Positions 39,517-48,800 of a stretch of DNA of 64,000 nt are shown in pieces (the first letter of the stretch is position 1; every line of letters begins with the position of its first letter). The notes beneath the pieces are model-generated. The model was not told the DNA's origin. It searched no databases and worked only from the letters and a program-made list of their open reading frames with translations. The DNA is from Acholeplasmatales bacterium (GTDB lineage: Bacteria; Bacillota_I; Bacilli_A; Acholeplasmatales; Anaeroplasmataceae), in NCBI GenBank assembly GCA_900767915.1, contig CAAGAX010000060.1:87819-151818 (forward strand), given 5' to 3'. Made by a program: the position numbers and the translations under genes.

Positions 39517-40109
39517 AAATAATTATGCTTATTGTTTTTTTATTAAGCTTAGTTAGCTGTCAAAATAATGATTTACCTAGTAAATCATTATATGTAGGAG
39601 CTTTAGGAATTGAATATGATAATGAGATAGTTATTAGTGCTTTAATTTCTAGTTCAAATGAAAATAATACCTTTATTATAAAAACAAGTAGAGGCAAAAA
39701 TATTAATGAAGCACTTAATTTTTTAGAACTTGAGGAAAGTCATGTTATTAATTATATGCATATATCTAGTATTGTTTTTAATAATAAGGCTTTAAATTTA
39801 AATTTAATTAATGAAATAATTAATTTAGCTGTTAGAGATTTAAAAATTAGTTTTAATAGCTATATTTTTTTGACAAATGATAAAATCAGTGATTTATATG
39901 ATATTGTTAATAAAGAAGAGGATACATTATTAAATCAATTAATGGAGCCTGTTTATTCTTATCATATTTATCAAGATGTAAAGCCTCTTCATTTAATTAC
40001 AATGGGAAAGATGATATTTAATAGAAAGAATTTTATTATTCCTACAATTAAAATAAAAGATTCCTCCCTTTTAATTGGAGGAATCAAGTTAGATTTCTTT
40101 AATAGCTAA
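39513..40109 (+). CDS. Ger(x)C-like germination lipoprotein, half-length
   Basis: Lipobox 'LLSLVSC'. 'LYVGALGIEYDNE' resembles the GerAC N-terminal start. It is only 198 aa, against roughly 350-400 aa in typical GerxC proteins. Confidence 0.55.
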   Translation: MKIIMLIVFLLSLVSCQNNDLPSKSLYVGALGIEYDNEIVISALISSSNENNTFIIKTSRGKNINEALNFLELEESHVINYMHISSIVFNNKALNLNLINEIINLAVRDLKISFNSYIFLTNDKISDLYDIVNKEEDTLLNQLMEPVYSYHIYQDVKPLHLITMGKMIFNRKNFIIPTIKIKDSSLLIGGIKLDFFNS

Positions 40110-41261
40110 ATTAGGAAATTTTTTTATTAATTGTTGCCAAATTATATCAGCAGTAGCTTCAGCACCAAAATGACAATGATATTCTTTAGCGTTCTTTATA
40201 TAGTTATCAAGCTTATTTGGATTTTTAATAAAATCTTGAATCATTAAGACAACCTTATGAGGATTAAATTCCTTTAAAGCGCATTTAACCTCGTTTATAT
40301 AATGATTTGCGATATATGTTTCGATTAATGTTGCACAATTAGTTATAATTGATGGGACACCAAAGAAGGTAGGCTCTGCAATAATATTTCCGGATTTTCC
40401 ACAGAATAAATTAGCTGAAGCCTCTAGCTCTAGTATTCTTGTTGTAAAACCAAAGGGAATGAATGATACACTTGGGTTTGGAACTAATGATTTAAAATAT
40501 TCATATAGTTCTTGATTTTTACCACAAACAGGAACTACTGTTATTGGTAAATCAAGAGTAATTAGTTCTTCACAAATTGCCTTCATTTTTCCTATTCCAT
40601 ATCCTCCCTCTGCTAATACAATTGTAAATTTATCTAGAGGTAGGTTCATATTTTCTCTATTTGTTTTTTTATCTAGGGGTATATTGTATACTTCATTTCT
40701 AATTAAAAAAGGAACTAGCTTTAAATTATTTTCATTATATAATCTTTTTTTCATAGCTCTTCTATAGCCGTATGGCATACTGATTAATGTTAAATCAGCA
40801 TCACATTCAAATAGCTTATTAAGAAATGTATCTGGGCAATAATTAATACAAATAGGTCTATTTTTAATTCTCCATGCTACATAATTTGTAGCCCAGTGAG
40901 TAGAAAAAACTAAATCAGGCTTTAATTCTTCCATATAAAGTAGGCTCTTTTTGTAAGCCTTAGGGTAACAAAATTTCATTGCTCCCCAGCTTGATAAATG
41001 TCTTCCCCAAAATTGACAATTGAAGGTTGACCAATAGCCATAAAAGCGCTTTAAGCTATATTTTTTAACCTGAGAGCATAGGAAGCTTTCAAATATTTTT
41101 AAATCAGGATCATTAGTTTCGCTATAAAATTTCGATTCAATTATATCAACTCTATTTCCATATTTTTTTCTAAATATTTCTATAACGCTTTTCATAGGCA
41201 TTATATGACCCATTCCAGCTTCTACATAGGGAAATAGGACTCTTATCTTATTTTCTTCCAT
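40089..41261 (-). CDS. MGDG-synthase/UgtP-like GT28-family glycolipid glycosyltransferase
   Basis: 390 aa. N-terminal 'GMGHIMPMKSV' G-loop and C-terminal 'CGKSGNIIAEPTFFGVPSI' GT-B donor motif. Confidence 0.8.
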   Translation of the reverse strand: MEENKIRVLFPYVEAGMGHIMPMKSVIEIFRKKYGNRVDIIESKFYSETNDPDLKIFESFLCSQVKKYSLKRFYGYWSTFNCQFWGRHLSSWGAMKFCYPKAYKKSLLYMEELKPDLVFSTHWATNYVAWRIKNRPICINYCPDTFLNKLFECDADLTLISMPYGYRRAMKKRLYNENNLKLVPFLIRNEVYNIPLDKKTNRENMNLPLDKFTIVLAEGGYGIGKMKAICEELITLDLPITVVPVCGKNQELYEYFKSLVPNPSVSFIPFGFTTRILELEASANLFCGKSGNIIAEPTFFGVPSIITNCATLIETYIANHYINEVKCALKEFNPHKVVLMIQDFIKNPNKLDNYIKNAKEYHCHFGAEATADIIWQQLIKKFPNLAIKEI

Positions 41262-41501
41262 AGTGTTCTCCTTTAACGTTAAAGTTTATTTATATTATAT
41301 AACAAATATTAATAAATAAAAGGATAAATATATGTGAAAAAATGTAAAAACTCTTTTCAAATATAATAATATGTAATATAATCATATTGACAATTATCGT
41401 ATATTAATGAAGATTTTCACTAAATGTTAGCGTTTTCCTAAAACTATACAGTTGAATTAATCATGAAAAAAAATTAAAATAATAAAAGCTGTGAGGTTGT
41501 T

Positions 41502-42797
41502 ATGAATGATGATTTTAGATTTTTAAGTAAATATGTTGCTAAACAATTTTATAAAATATTTAAAATAAATTTAACTACTAATTCATTTGAAATATTAAAG
41601 GACAATGATAGTGATAAGGAAATTTACCTAAATATTACTAATGTAGATGAGTTTTTTAATAAATATATTAATGGTGGATATGTATATAATGATGATTTAG
41701 ACATTGTTAAAGAAAAACTTAATGTGAAATTTATTAGAAATTATTTTAGTATATTGAGTGAAGAGCTTGATTGCTGGTATAGAAGAATAGTTAATGATAC
41801 CTATAAATGGACTGTTGCTAAAGTTATTAAAGCTCCTGAATTTACTTTAGATAATCAAATTGTTTTTCTTATTATGCAGGATAATGATGTTCCTATTAGA
41901 ACAAAAATTAATACTAGAATTTTAGATGAATATAAAATATTAAAGTCAATAACTAAAATATTTGTTAATATGCAAATAATTGATTTAGAAACTGATACTT
42001 ATATTGATTATATAAAAAATGAATATAATGAGAAGGTTCCTAAAACTGGTCATGCATCAACTGATTTAAAAAATTTTGTTAATTTCTTGATTAGAGCTGA
42101 ATATAAAAAGGATGCATTAGAATTTGTTAATTTAGATAATTTAGCTGAAAGAATAAGAGGCAATTCTTATATTACCTATGAGGTTATGGGACTTAATTTA
42201 GGCTGGGTTAGATTAGCTATTTTTCCTATTTTAGATTATAAAAATGATAAGCTTACTAATGTTATTTTTGCGGTTAGTAATATTAATGAACAAAAGTGTA
42301 ATGAGGAAAATTTAAAGAGGCTTTCTTATACTGATGGATTAACTGGCTTATTTAATCGTTATAGCTTTGAAATTGATTTAAAAAAATTTGAAGCTGACTT
42401 AGCATCTTGTGTTGTAATTTCTATAGATATTAATAATCTTAAATTTTTTAATGATACCTATGGACATAATACTGGTGATGAGTTAATTAAAAGGGCTTCA
42501 TTAGCTTTATATAATGTTTTAGCTGGTTATGGTAGAATATATAGAACTGGTGGAGATGAATTTATAGCGCTAATTCGTTATGAGAATGATATTATTTCTT
42601 TAATTAATTCTATTAATAAGGAAATAGATGAAGGAAATAAAAATAAGGAACTTAAGCTTTCTGTTTCTATTGGATATGCTTTATATAAAAATCACACTGA
42701 TTTAAGTATCCATGATTTAATTGAAGTAGCAGATAAAGAAATGTATGAAGTAAAGAAGAAATTTTATACTGAAAACAAGCTTTTTCAATATAGATAA
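41502..42797 (+). CDS. diguanylate cyclase (GGDEF) with an uncharacterised ~260-aa cytoplasmic N-terminal domain
   Basis: 'DGLTGLFNR', 'DINNLKFFNDTYGH' and 'RTGGDEFIAL'. There are no TM segments and no RxxD I-site 5 residues before GGDEF. Confidence 0.9.
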   Translation: MNDDFRFLSKYVAKQFYKIFKINLTTNSFEILKDNDSDKEIYLNITNVDEFFNKYINGGYVYNDDLDIVKEKLNVKFIRNYFSILSEELDCWYRRIVNDTYKWTVAKVIKAPEFTLDNQIVFLIMQDNDVPIRTKINTRILDEYKILKSITKIFVNMQIIDLETDTYIDYIKNEYNEKVPKTGHASTDLKNFVNFLIRAEYKKDALEFVNLDNLAERIRGNSYITYEVMGLNLGWVRLAIFPILDYKNDKLTNVIFAVSNINEQKCNEENLKRLSYTDGLTGLFNRYSFEIDLKKFEADLASCVVISIDINNLKFFNDTYGHNTGDELIKRASLALYNVLAGYGRIYRTGGDEFIALIRYENDIISLINSINKEIDEGNKNKELKLSVSIGYALYKNHTDLSIHDLIEVADKEMYEVKKKFYTENKLFQYR

Positions 42798-42817
42798 TAA
42801 TAGGCAATAGGTGAAAT

Positions 42818-43306
42818 ATGGTTTATGTTGTTAGAATTAAAGCTGTTTCTTTATGCTTAGGTATTAGAAGAGCTAATGTAATTTATATAAAGCTATCTAA
42901 TGATGAATATGATTTATCTAGCCTTGAGCATCCTTTGAAGCTTTTTAAGAATATAAAGCTTAATAATAATGAAATTGAGATTTTAGGTAAAAAGAAATTA
43001 TTAAAAGTAGGAGAAGAGGTCTTTTTTTATAATAATAAAAAGGTTGTTGTTAATAATGGTGATTCTATTGAAGAGGTTACCTTAGGAGCGATGATTTTAC
43101 CTCTTGATATTGAAATGAAGGATTATTATATTGATGCGATTAATAATGGCTTTTTATTTGATCAATGGAATGGAGAATTTGAATATTTATTAGGCATGAT
43201 GTATGAGCTAGATCAAAATGATTTTAATCATAGTAATGAATATTATAATATAGCTTTAAAAAAAGGATTTAAATTTAAACTATTGAAAAATGAATATGTG
43301 AGTTAA
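42818..43306 (+). CDS. hypothetical protein (possible Sel1/TPR-like C-terminus)
   Basis: 162-aa ORF lying 20 nt after the GGDEF gene. 'EYLLGMMYELDQND...EYYNIALKKGF' resembles one Sel1-like repeat. The start codon is uncertain. Confidence 0.4.
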   Translation: MVYVVRIKAVSLCLGIRRANVIYIKLSNDEYDLSSLEHPLKLFKNIKLNNNEIEILGKKKLLKVGEEVFFYNNKKVVVNNGDSIEEVTLGAMILPLDIEMKDYYIDAINNGFLFDQWNGEFEYLLGMMYELDQNDFNHSNEYYNIALKKGFKFKLLKNEYVS

Positions 43307-43308
43307 AA

Positions 43309-43345
43309 AATACCTAGTTTTAGTTATTAAAATTAGGTATTTTTT
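43309..43345 (+). terminator. rho-independent terminator
   Basis: 14-bp stem AATACCTAGTTTTA / TAAAATTAGGTATT (one G-U pair), 5-nt loop, then T-run. Confidence 0.8.
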
Positions 43346-43647
43346 AGTGTACCGGGCATGCTATTATTAAAACAGTAAAGGCAAATAAGAAAGAAAAACA
43401 TTGATAAAATGACATCTTATCAATTAGATGTATACTTTTATGAACATAAGAAAAATCATTACTGTAATAATGAACAAAGCTTCTAAAACAAGACCATAAG
43501 AAGAGTTTATATTCCAAAATATAATGATAAATTAAGATACTAGGAATACTAACTATAGTTAATAGAGTAATAGAATAGGCTATAGTTCAAAGATTATTAT
43601 TAATATACAAAAAGACCTGATAATTAATCATGTTTAATTAGCCTAAA

Positions 43648-43669
43648 GGCAGGGACAAGAGGATTTGAA
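43648..43669 (-). repeat. degenerate copy of the tRNA-Trp 3' end (candidate distal att remnant)
   Basis: GGCAGGGACAAGAGGATTTGAA versus GGCAGGGGCAGAAGGATTCGAA at 45639-45660. That is 18/22 identical, in the same orientation, about 2 kb apart. Confidence 0.35.
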
Positions 43670-43828
43670 TAGGATGTAAGATTCATCATATCCTTTTATT
43701 AATTTCGATAGTATAACCAAGTAGTTCCTTTTTTGCTAACTTTTAAAATGATTATGACAAATAAAATTAAATTTCCACCTTTATGTATATAGTATAATGA
43801 AACTGATGATAATATCATGAACACTTAA

Positions 43829-44038
43829 ATGGTATTAGCTAAAGATGACCTAACACAATCCACCTTTATTAATGGACCTCTAAGAACAGGAAAGACACTT
43901 CTAAATATATATCTCACTTTAGCTAGTAAAGAAAGCTTTATTGAAGAGTTAGAAAAGAATTTTTTAGACAATGAGTCGAATGCTAACTTAAAAAAACACG
44001 ACGCTATAAATAAAAATTTCCATCTACCTTTAAAATAA
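43829..44038 (+). pseudogene. short P-loop NTPase fragment
   Basis: 69-aa ORF with 'INGPLRTGKTLL' (Walker A-like) and nothing downstream. Its 3' end runs into the operator/promoter of the next gene. Confidence 0.3.
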
Positions 44039-44079
44039 AGGTAAAAATAATTTACATACCTTTAAAATAAAGGTATAAT
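44025..44079 (+). promoter_or_regulatory. promoter with two identical 19-bp palindromic operator sites
   Basis: TACCTTTAAAATAAAGGTA occurs at 44025-44043 and 44057-44075 (8-bp arms, centres 32 bp apart). -35 is TTTACA at 44051-44056 and -10 is TATAAT at 44074-44079, so the second palindrome fills the spacer. Confidence 0.6.
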
Positions 44080-44098
44080 AAGATTGAGGGGTGTTAAG

Positions 44099-44644
44099 AT
44101 GGAGAATAAGTATATTATTCCAGCATATTTGACAAAAGATGATATAAAGAGGATAAGGGAAAATTTGAAATTGACGCAAAAAGAATTTTCTGGGTTGATA
44201 TCTACATCTAAATCAACGGTTGAAAGATGGGAAATGTCTAATGATAAAATTTCTGGACCTATAGTTGGTTTTTTATATATGCTTGAAAATAATATTGCTG
44301 ACTACAAAAAGCTAATTATTCCAGCTAAATCTCTTCCACTGCGATTATATTATATGTATAAGCAATATATTTGTACAATAATTGATGTAGATGACAATTT
44401 TATGAAAATTGAAATACATAATTATACTAATAAAGTAATGTTTAGGGCTTTTGGTGTAAATGAAAATCCAACCTATAATGATTATAAAGATTTTTTAAAG
44501 GAAAGATGTTTTCCTGAAACAAGAGATAAGATGAAGCTTGTACTAAATGACTTAGGATTACCATTTTATGATCCGTTCATGATAATAAAGAAGACTGAAG
44601 GTAGAATGGCAGATGACGATTTCTGGATAAAAATAGAGGAGTAA
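44099..44644 (+). CDS. XRE-type HTH protein with a ~115-aa C-terminal extension (HipB-like antitoxin partner)
   Basis: RBS GAGGGG precedes ATG 44099. 'LTQKEFSGLISTSKSTVERWE' is the HTH. The C-terminal part is 'FPETRDKMKLVLNDLGLPFYDPFMIIKKTEGRMADDDFWI'. The gene lies immediately upstream of a HipA-like kinase gene. Confidence 0.75.
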   Translation: MENKYIIPAYLTKDDIKRIRENLKLTQKEFSGLISTSKSTVERWEMSNDKISGPIVGFLYMLENNIADYKKLIIPAKSLPLRLYYMYKQYICTIIDVDDNFMKIEIHNYTNKVMFRAFGVNENPTYNDYKDFLKERCFPETRDKMKLVLNDLGLPFYDPFMIIKKTEGRMADDDFWIKIEE

Positions 44645-44647
44645 AAT

Positions 44648-45460
44648 ATGATAGAACTTTTTGACAGGATGTAAAAACAAATGATCGACAATCTTCAAAA
44701 GGAAACCAGCTTAAGTGGTATAATAATAGCTTTTGGGATAAAGCGGATTATTTAGGCTATGAAGGCTTATCCGAATATGTGATTTCCAAATTACTTTCAT
44801 TGTCAAATCTTAGCCCTAATGAATTTGTGAATTATGAATTGGAAGAAATAAAATATAAAAATAAAGTATATAATGGTGTTAAAAGTTTGAATTTTTTAGA
44901 AGAAAATTGGCAAATAATCACATTAGAAAGACTATTTAAAAATACTATGAAAAAAAGCCTTAATGAAATGTTATGGTTGATAAATGAACCAAAAAAAACG
45001 TCTTGAATTTTTAGTAGACAATGTAAAAAAAATAACAAAAATACAAAATTTTGGCGTATATATGAATAAATTATTAACAATAGATGCATTGTTTTTAAAC
45101 GAAGATAGGCATACACATAATATCGCAGTTCTAATGAATGACAAGCAAGAATATAAATTATGCCCAATTTTTGATAATGGAGCAGGATTATTATCTGATA
45201 TAATGATAGATTATTCTTTAGATGGTGATATATATGAGGAAATTGGTTCTGTTAATGCTAAAACTATATCTTTGAGTTTTGATGAAGCACTTCATGCATC
45301 CGAGGTATTATATGGAATGAATTTTGAACCTAGGTTTTCAAAAGATGATGTTATGAAGATACTATATAGTAAAGATGTTAATATTTATTCTGAAAAAATA
45401 AGGGAAAAAGTTGAAAGAATACTTTTTGAGCAAATGAGAAAATATAATTATCTATTCTAA
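44648..45460 (+). pseudogene. short HipA/HipT-like Ser/Thr kinase toxin gene, disrupted by two frameshifts
   Basis: It is split over three frames: MIELFDRM* (44648-44674); '...SSKGNQLKW...' through to 45006; and 44984-45460 with 'LFLNEDRHTHNIAVL...CPIFDNGAGL' (HipA_C catalytic loop). The second shift lies at the A8 run at about 44989-44996. Confidence 0.7.
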
Positions 45461-45572
45461 TAATAATTAATTAGTAACGTCGAATTATTATTTTAGAAGA
45501 AATATAATGAATTTACTATTTGATTGATTATAGCTTTTGCGAAATAAGGCAAGTAAACCAAAATAAAATGTA

Positions 45573-45604
45573 TAAAAAAATCCAGCTATAAAGCTGGATT
45601 TTCT
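45573..45604. terminator. bidirectional terminator between the hipA-like gene and tRNA-Trp
   Basis: 9-bp perfect stem AATCCAGCT / AGCTGGATT with a 4-nt loop, flanked by an A-run upstream and a T-run downstream. Confidence 0.75.
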
Positions 45605-45637
45605 AATATCTACTATACTTAGTAGTAACTATTAAAT

Positions 45638-45712
45638 TGGCAGGGGCAGAAGGATTCGAACCCTCACTAACGGTTTTGGAGACCGGCTTGCTACCATTGA
45701 CAATATGCCCCT
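45638..45712 (-). tRNA. tRNA-Trp (anticodon CCA), CCA encoded
   Basis: The reverse complement AGGGGCATATTGTCAATGGTAGCAAGCCGGTCTCCAAAACCGTTAGTGAGGGTTCGAATCCTTCTGCCCCTGCCA folds as a cloverleaf. The anticodon loop is CTCCAAA, and it is close to Bacillus tRNA-Trp. Confidence 0.9.
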
Positions 45713-45853
45713 ATGATTTGTTTCCCTTGTTAGTATATCATAATAAAATTCTTATTTCAAGAAAAAAATTCATTTTTAAAAATGAATGTACTATTATTGT
45801 AAAAAATACATTTTAATTGTATAATTAAAATGTATGTAAAGGAGATGTTATTA

Positions 45854-48800
45854 ATGACTATTGATGGTATTTGGTTTTCAATTATTCCTACTATATTATT
45901 CATTTTATTTTTACTAATAGGAATATTATTTGGAATGATAAGAGGCTTTAGAAAAAGCTTAATATTAGCTATTCAGGCTTGTGTTATTTTTATTGGTTGC
46001 TTGATTGCCTATTTGATTATTGTTAATAATCCTAATACAGATACAAGAATTGTAAGTATTATTAATAATTTTATGGGTGAAAATGGATTACAAAATTCAT
46101 TTGGAGTATCTTCAGACTGTAATAGCTTTAAGGAAATATTAATTCAATATATTCCTAAGCAAATGAATATGGGTGATGGAATAGCTTTAATATTAAAGGA
46201 TAATGGTGCATATTTAGTTAGTATTGTTAACTTAGTATATCATATTGTATTTGCCTTATTATTCTTTATTGCTTATCTATTACTAGTATTTATATTCTAT
46301 ATAGTATATTTGATAGCATATCCAGAAAGAAGACATAAGGAAAAAATAATAAAGAAAAATTTAGAAACAGATCCGAATAAAAAATATAAGCCACATAGAG
46401 GCTTTGGAGCCGTAGTAGGTGGTATTAGAGGATTTGTATCAGGCTTCATTTTAGTTTCCTTAGTTGGTAGTATATTCTATATTGCTGGTGGTACAGGTGA
46501 AAAAGAATATGAATCATATGATTGGGGAGATGAATCATTAAATCAAGGATATTCAGTTTATCAAGCATTAGGAAGCTATGGTAATACTGGAATATTTAAA
46601 GTTTTAAACAATATTAAAAATAAAGATAATGTCCCTTTTTATTTTTTTGCGGCTAATCTTGTTTTTAGTGGTAATGATGTTGAAAATAACAGTAATAATT
46701 TAGTTCTTACTAGGGATTTAGGAGAATTATCTATTTTTTCTAGAAATACATTTGATTTATTAGTTAAATATGGCAGGGATGATTTAAAGGAAGCTATGAA
46801 AAATCCTGGCGAAAATAATTCTAATTTAAATAATACTATTACAAAAATTTATAAAAACCCTGAATTTCAAAATGAGTTCAATGCTTTAATTGATAACTTC
46901 AATACTAATACTTATTTTATTAATATGACATTCTCAGTAGTTGATTCATTTGCAAGTCATTTAGATCAAATTAATATAAATGATGATAGTAATAAAGATG
47001 CATATGAATTATTAAATGTTTTATTTAATTCTAATTATAAAAGTGATTATATTCCTGAAGATAAGGATAGCGATGTTGTTTCTACTTTAAAGCCTAGTAT
47101 GCTTTTAAATAAGGAAGACGTAAAGGCTACATTTAATTTAATCTTTGATTTATTATCACAAGAAACAACAAATGATTCTGTATATGATTCAGTGAATTTA
47201 ACTACTGTTGCATTAGAAAATATAAAGGATTTATCAGTACTTAATACTGATAATAAGAGCCAATTAAATCCTGTTTTTGAAAGATTATATACTTATTTAT
47301 CTAATAAATATTTAACTAATGATAATACTAATGATACTACATTATTATCTACTTCATATTTATTAGAAGATACTAATAGTGAATCAATAGATTGGATTGA
47401 TGAATTAAATAATGCTATAAGTGCTATTAGTTCAAGCTTAAAGCTATTTAAATCAGTATATGTACCAGGAAGTAGTGATTCGATTCCAGTTCAAATTGTT
47501 ACTAGCTTATATAATATTTTTGATACTTCAAATGATAAATATACTGAGAATAATGAATTATATGGTTCTATAGTTGATAGGTTAGCTAATTCTAAATTAT
47601 TAGGAAAGGTATTTGCTACAAACTATATTACATCATCAGTTATTAACTTTTTAAATTCAATATCTAATAATGCTAATGTTTATGTTCCAAAGAAAATAAA
47701 TTATTGTAATACTGAATCTGATGGAAAAATCGTATATGGTGAAATATATAATTTATTTAAAGGAATAGAAAGTATATTAAAAAATAAAGAATCAAAAAAT
47801 GTTGTATTAAAATTAGTTGATAGTCAATCTTTAGAAAATAATGATATAAAGACTTTATGTACATCATTATTATCTAATGATGAATTAACATTAAACTATT
47901 TACTTGATTCTCAAATTGTTTCATCAGCATTATCTGCAGTTGTATTTGGTTTAAAAATTGATAATGGTTTTTCTTTAGTATTCCCAAATTCAAGTAAAAA
48001 AATTATTGATGGAAAAACTGTAAATTTAATTGATTCTAATGAAGTAAAGAGAGTAATAAGAATTATCCCTTCATTAGTTGATAATGTACTAAATACTGAT
48101 GATTCCACTAAAGGTATTCTATCATTTGCTACTAATAATAAGGAAAATATAGCAAAAAGTAATATTTTATGTGCTACAGTTGCTAATTATCTTATTCATA
48201 ATTTACCAGAAAATATTAGTGATGTATTAGTTATTAATGATACATTAAAGAAAGATGATATAATAAATAATCTAGATTGTTCTAATGAAAATAGCTTATG
48301 GCCTAAGGAAATATCTAGTATATTAGAAATATTTGATTCAGTTATAGATATCGATAATGTAGATTTAAACGATTCAAAAGCATTGGAAAGTGCTTTATTA
48401 AATGAGATTAAAAATTTAAATAAGCCAAATAAAAATGATAATAATTTAACTAATTTGGATGTTATATATAAAAGTAGTATTTTAAAAGATTCTCTATCTA
48501 AGCAATTAGATTCTAAATTAACAAGTGATATTGTTGATGAAGAAACTAAGAAATTAGTAAAAACAGATGGTATTTATAACAAAGCTGAATTATCACATTT
48601 AGTAGATGTAATAAATGAAATGGATATTGATTTAAATAATACATCTGAAATTAATACAATAGTTATAAATGAGGTAAAGAATTTAAATAAAGCTTCAACT
48701 ACTAATCCAACAAAGACAAAACTAGATGTAATGTATTCTTCAACATTAATAACATCAGCTTTATCTAAGCAATTAGATTCTAAATTAACAAGTGATATTG

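Noticed and set aside
44832-45167. 111-aa minus-strand ORF across the hipA-like pseudogene.
   Set aside because: It is antisense to recognisable HipA_C coding sequence. It has a hydrophobic, low-complexity shadow-frame composition and no RBS.
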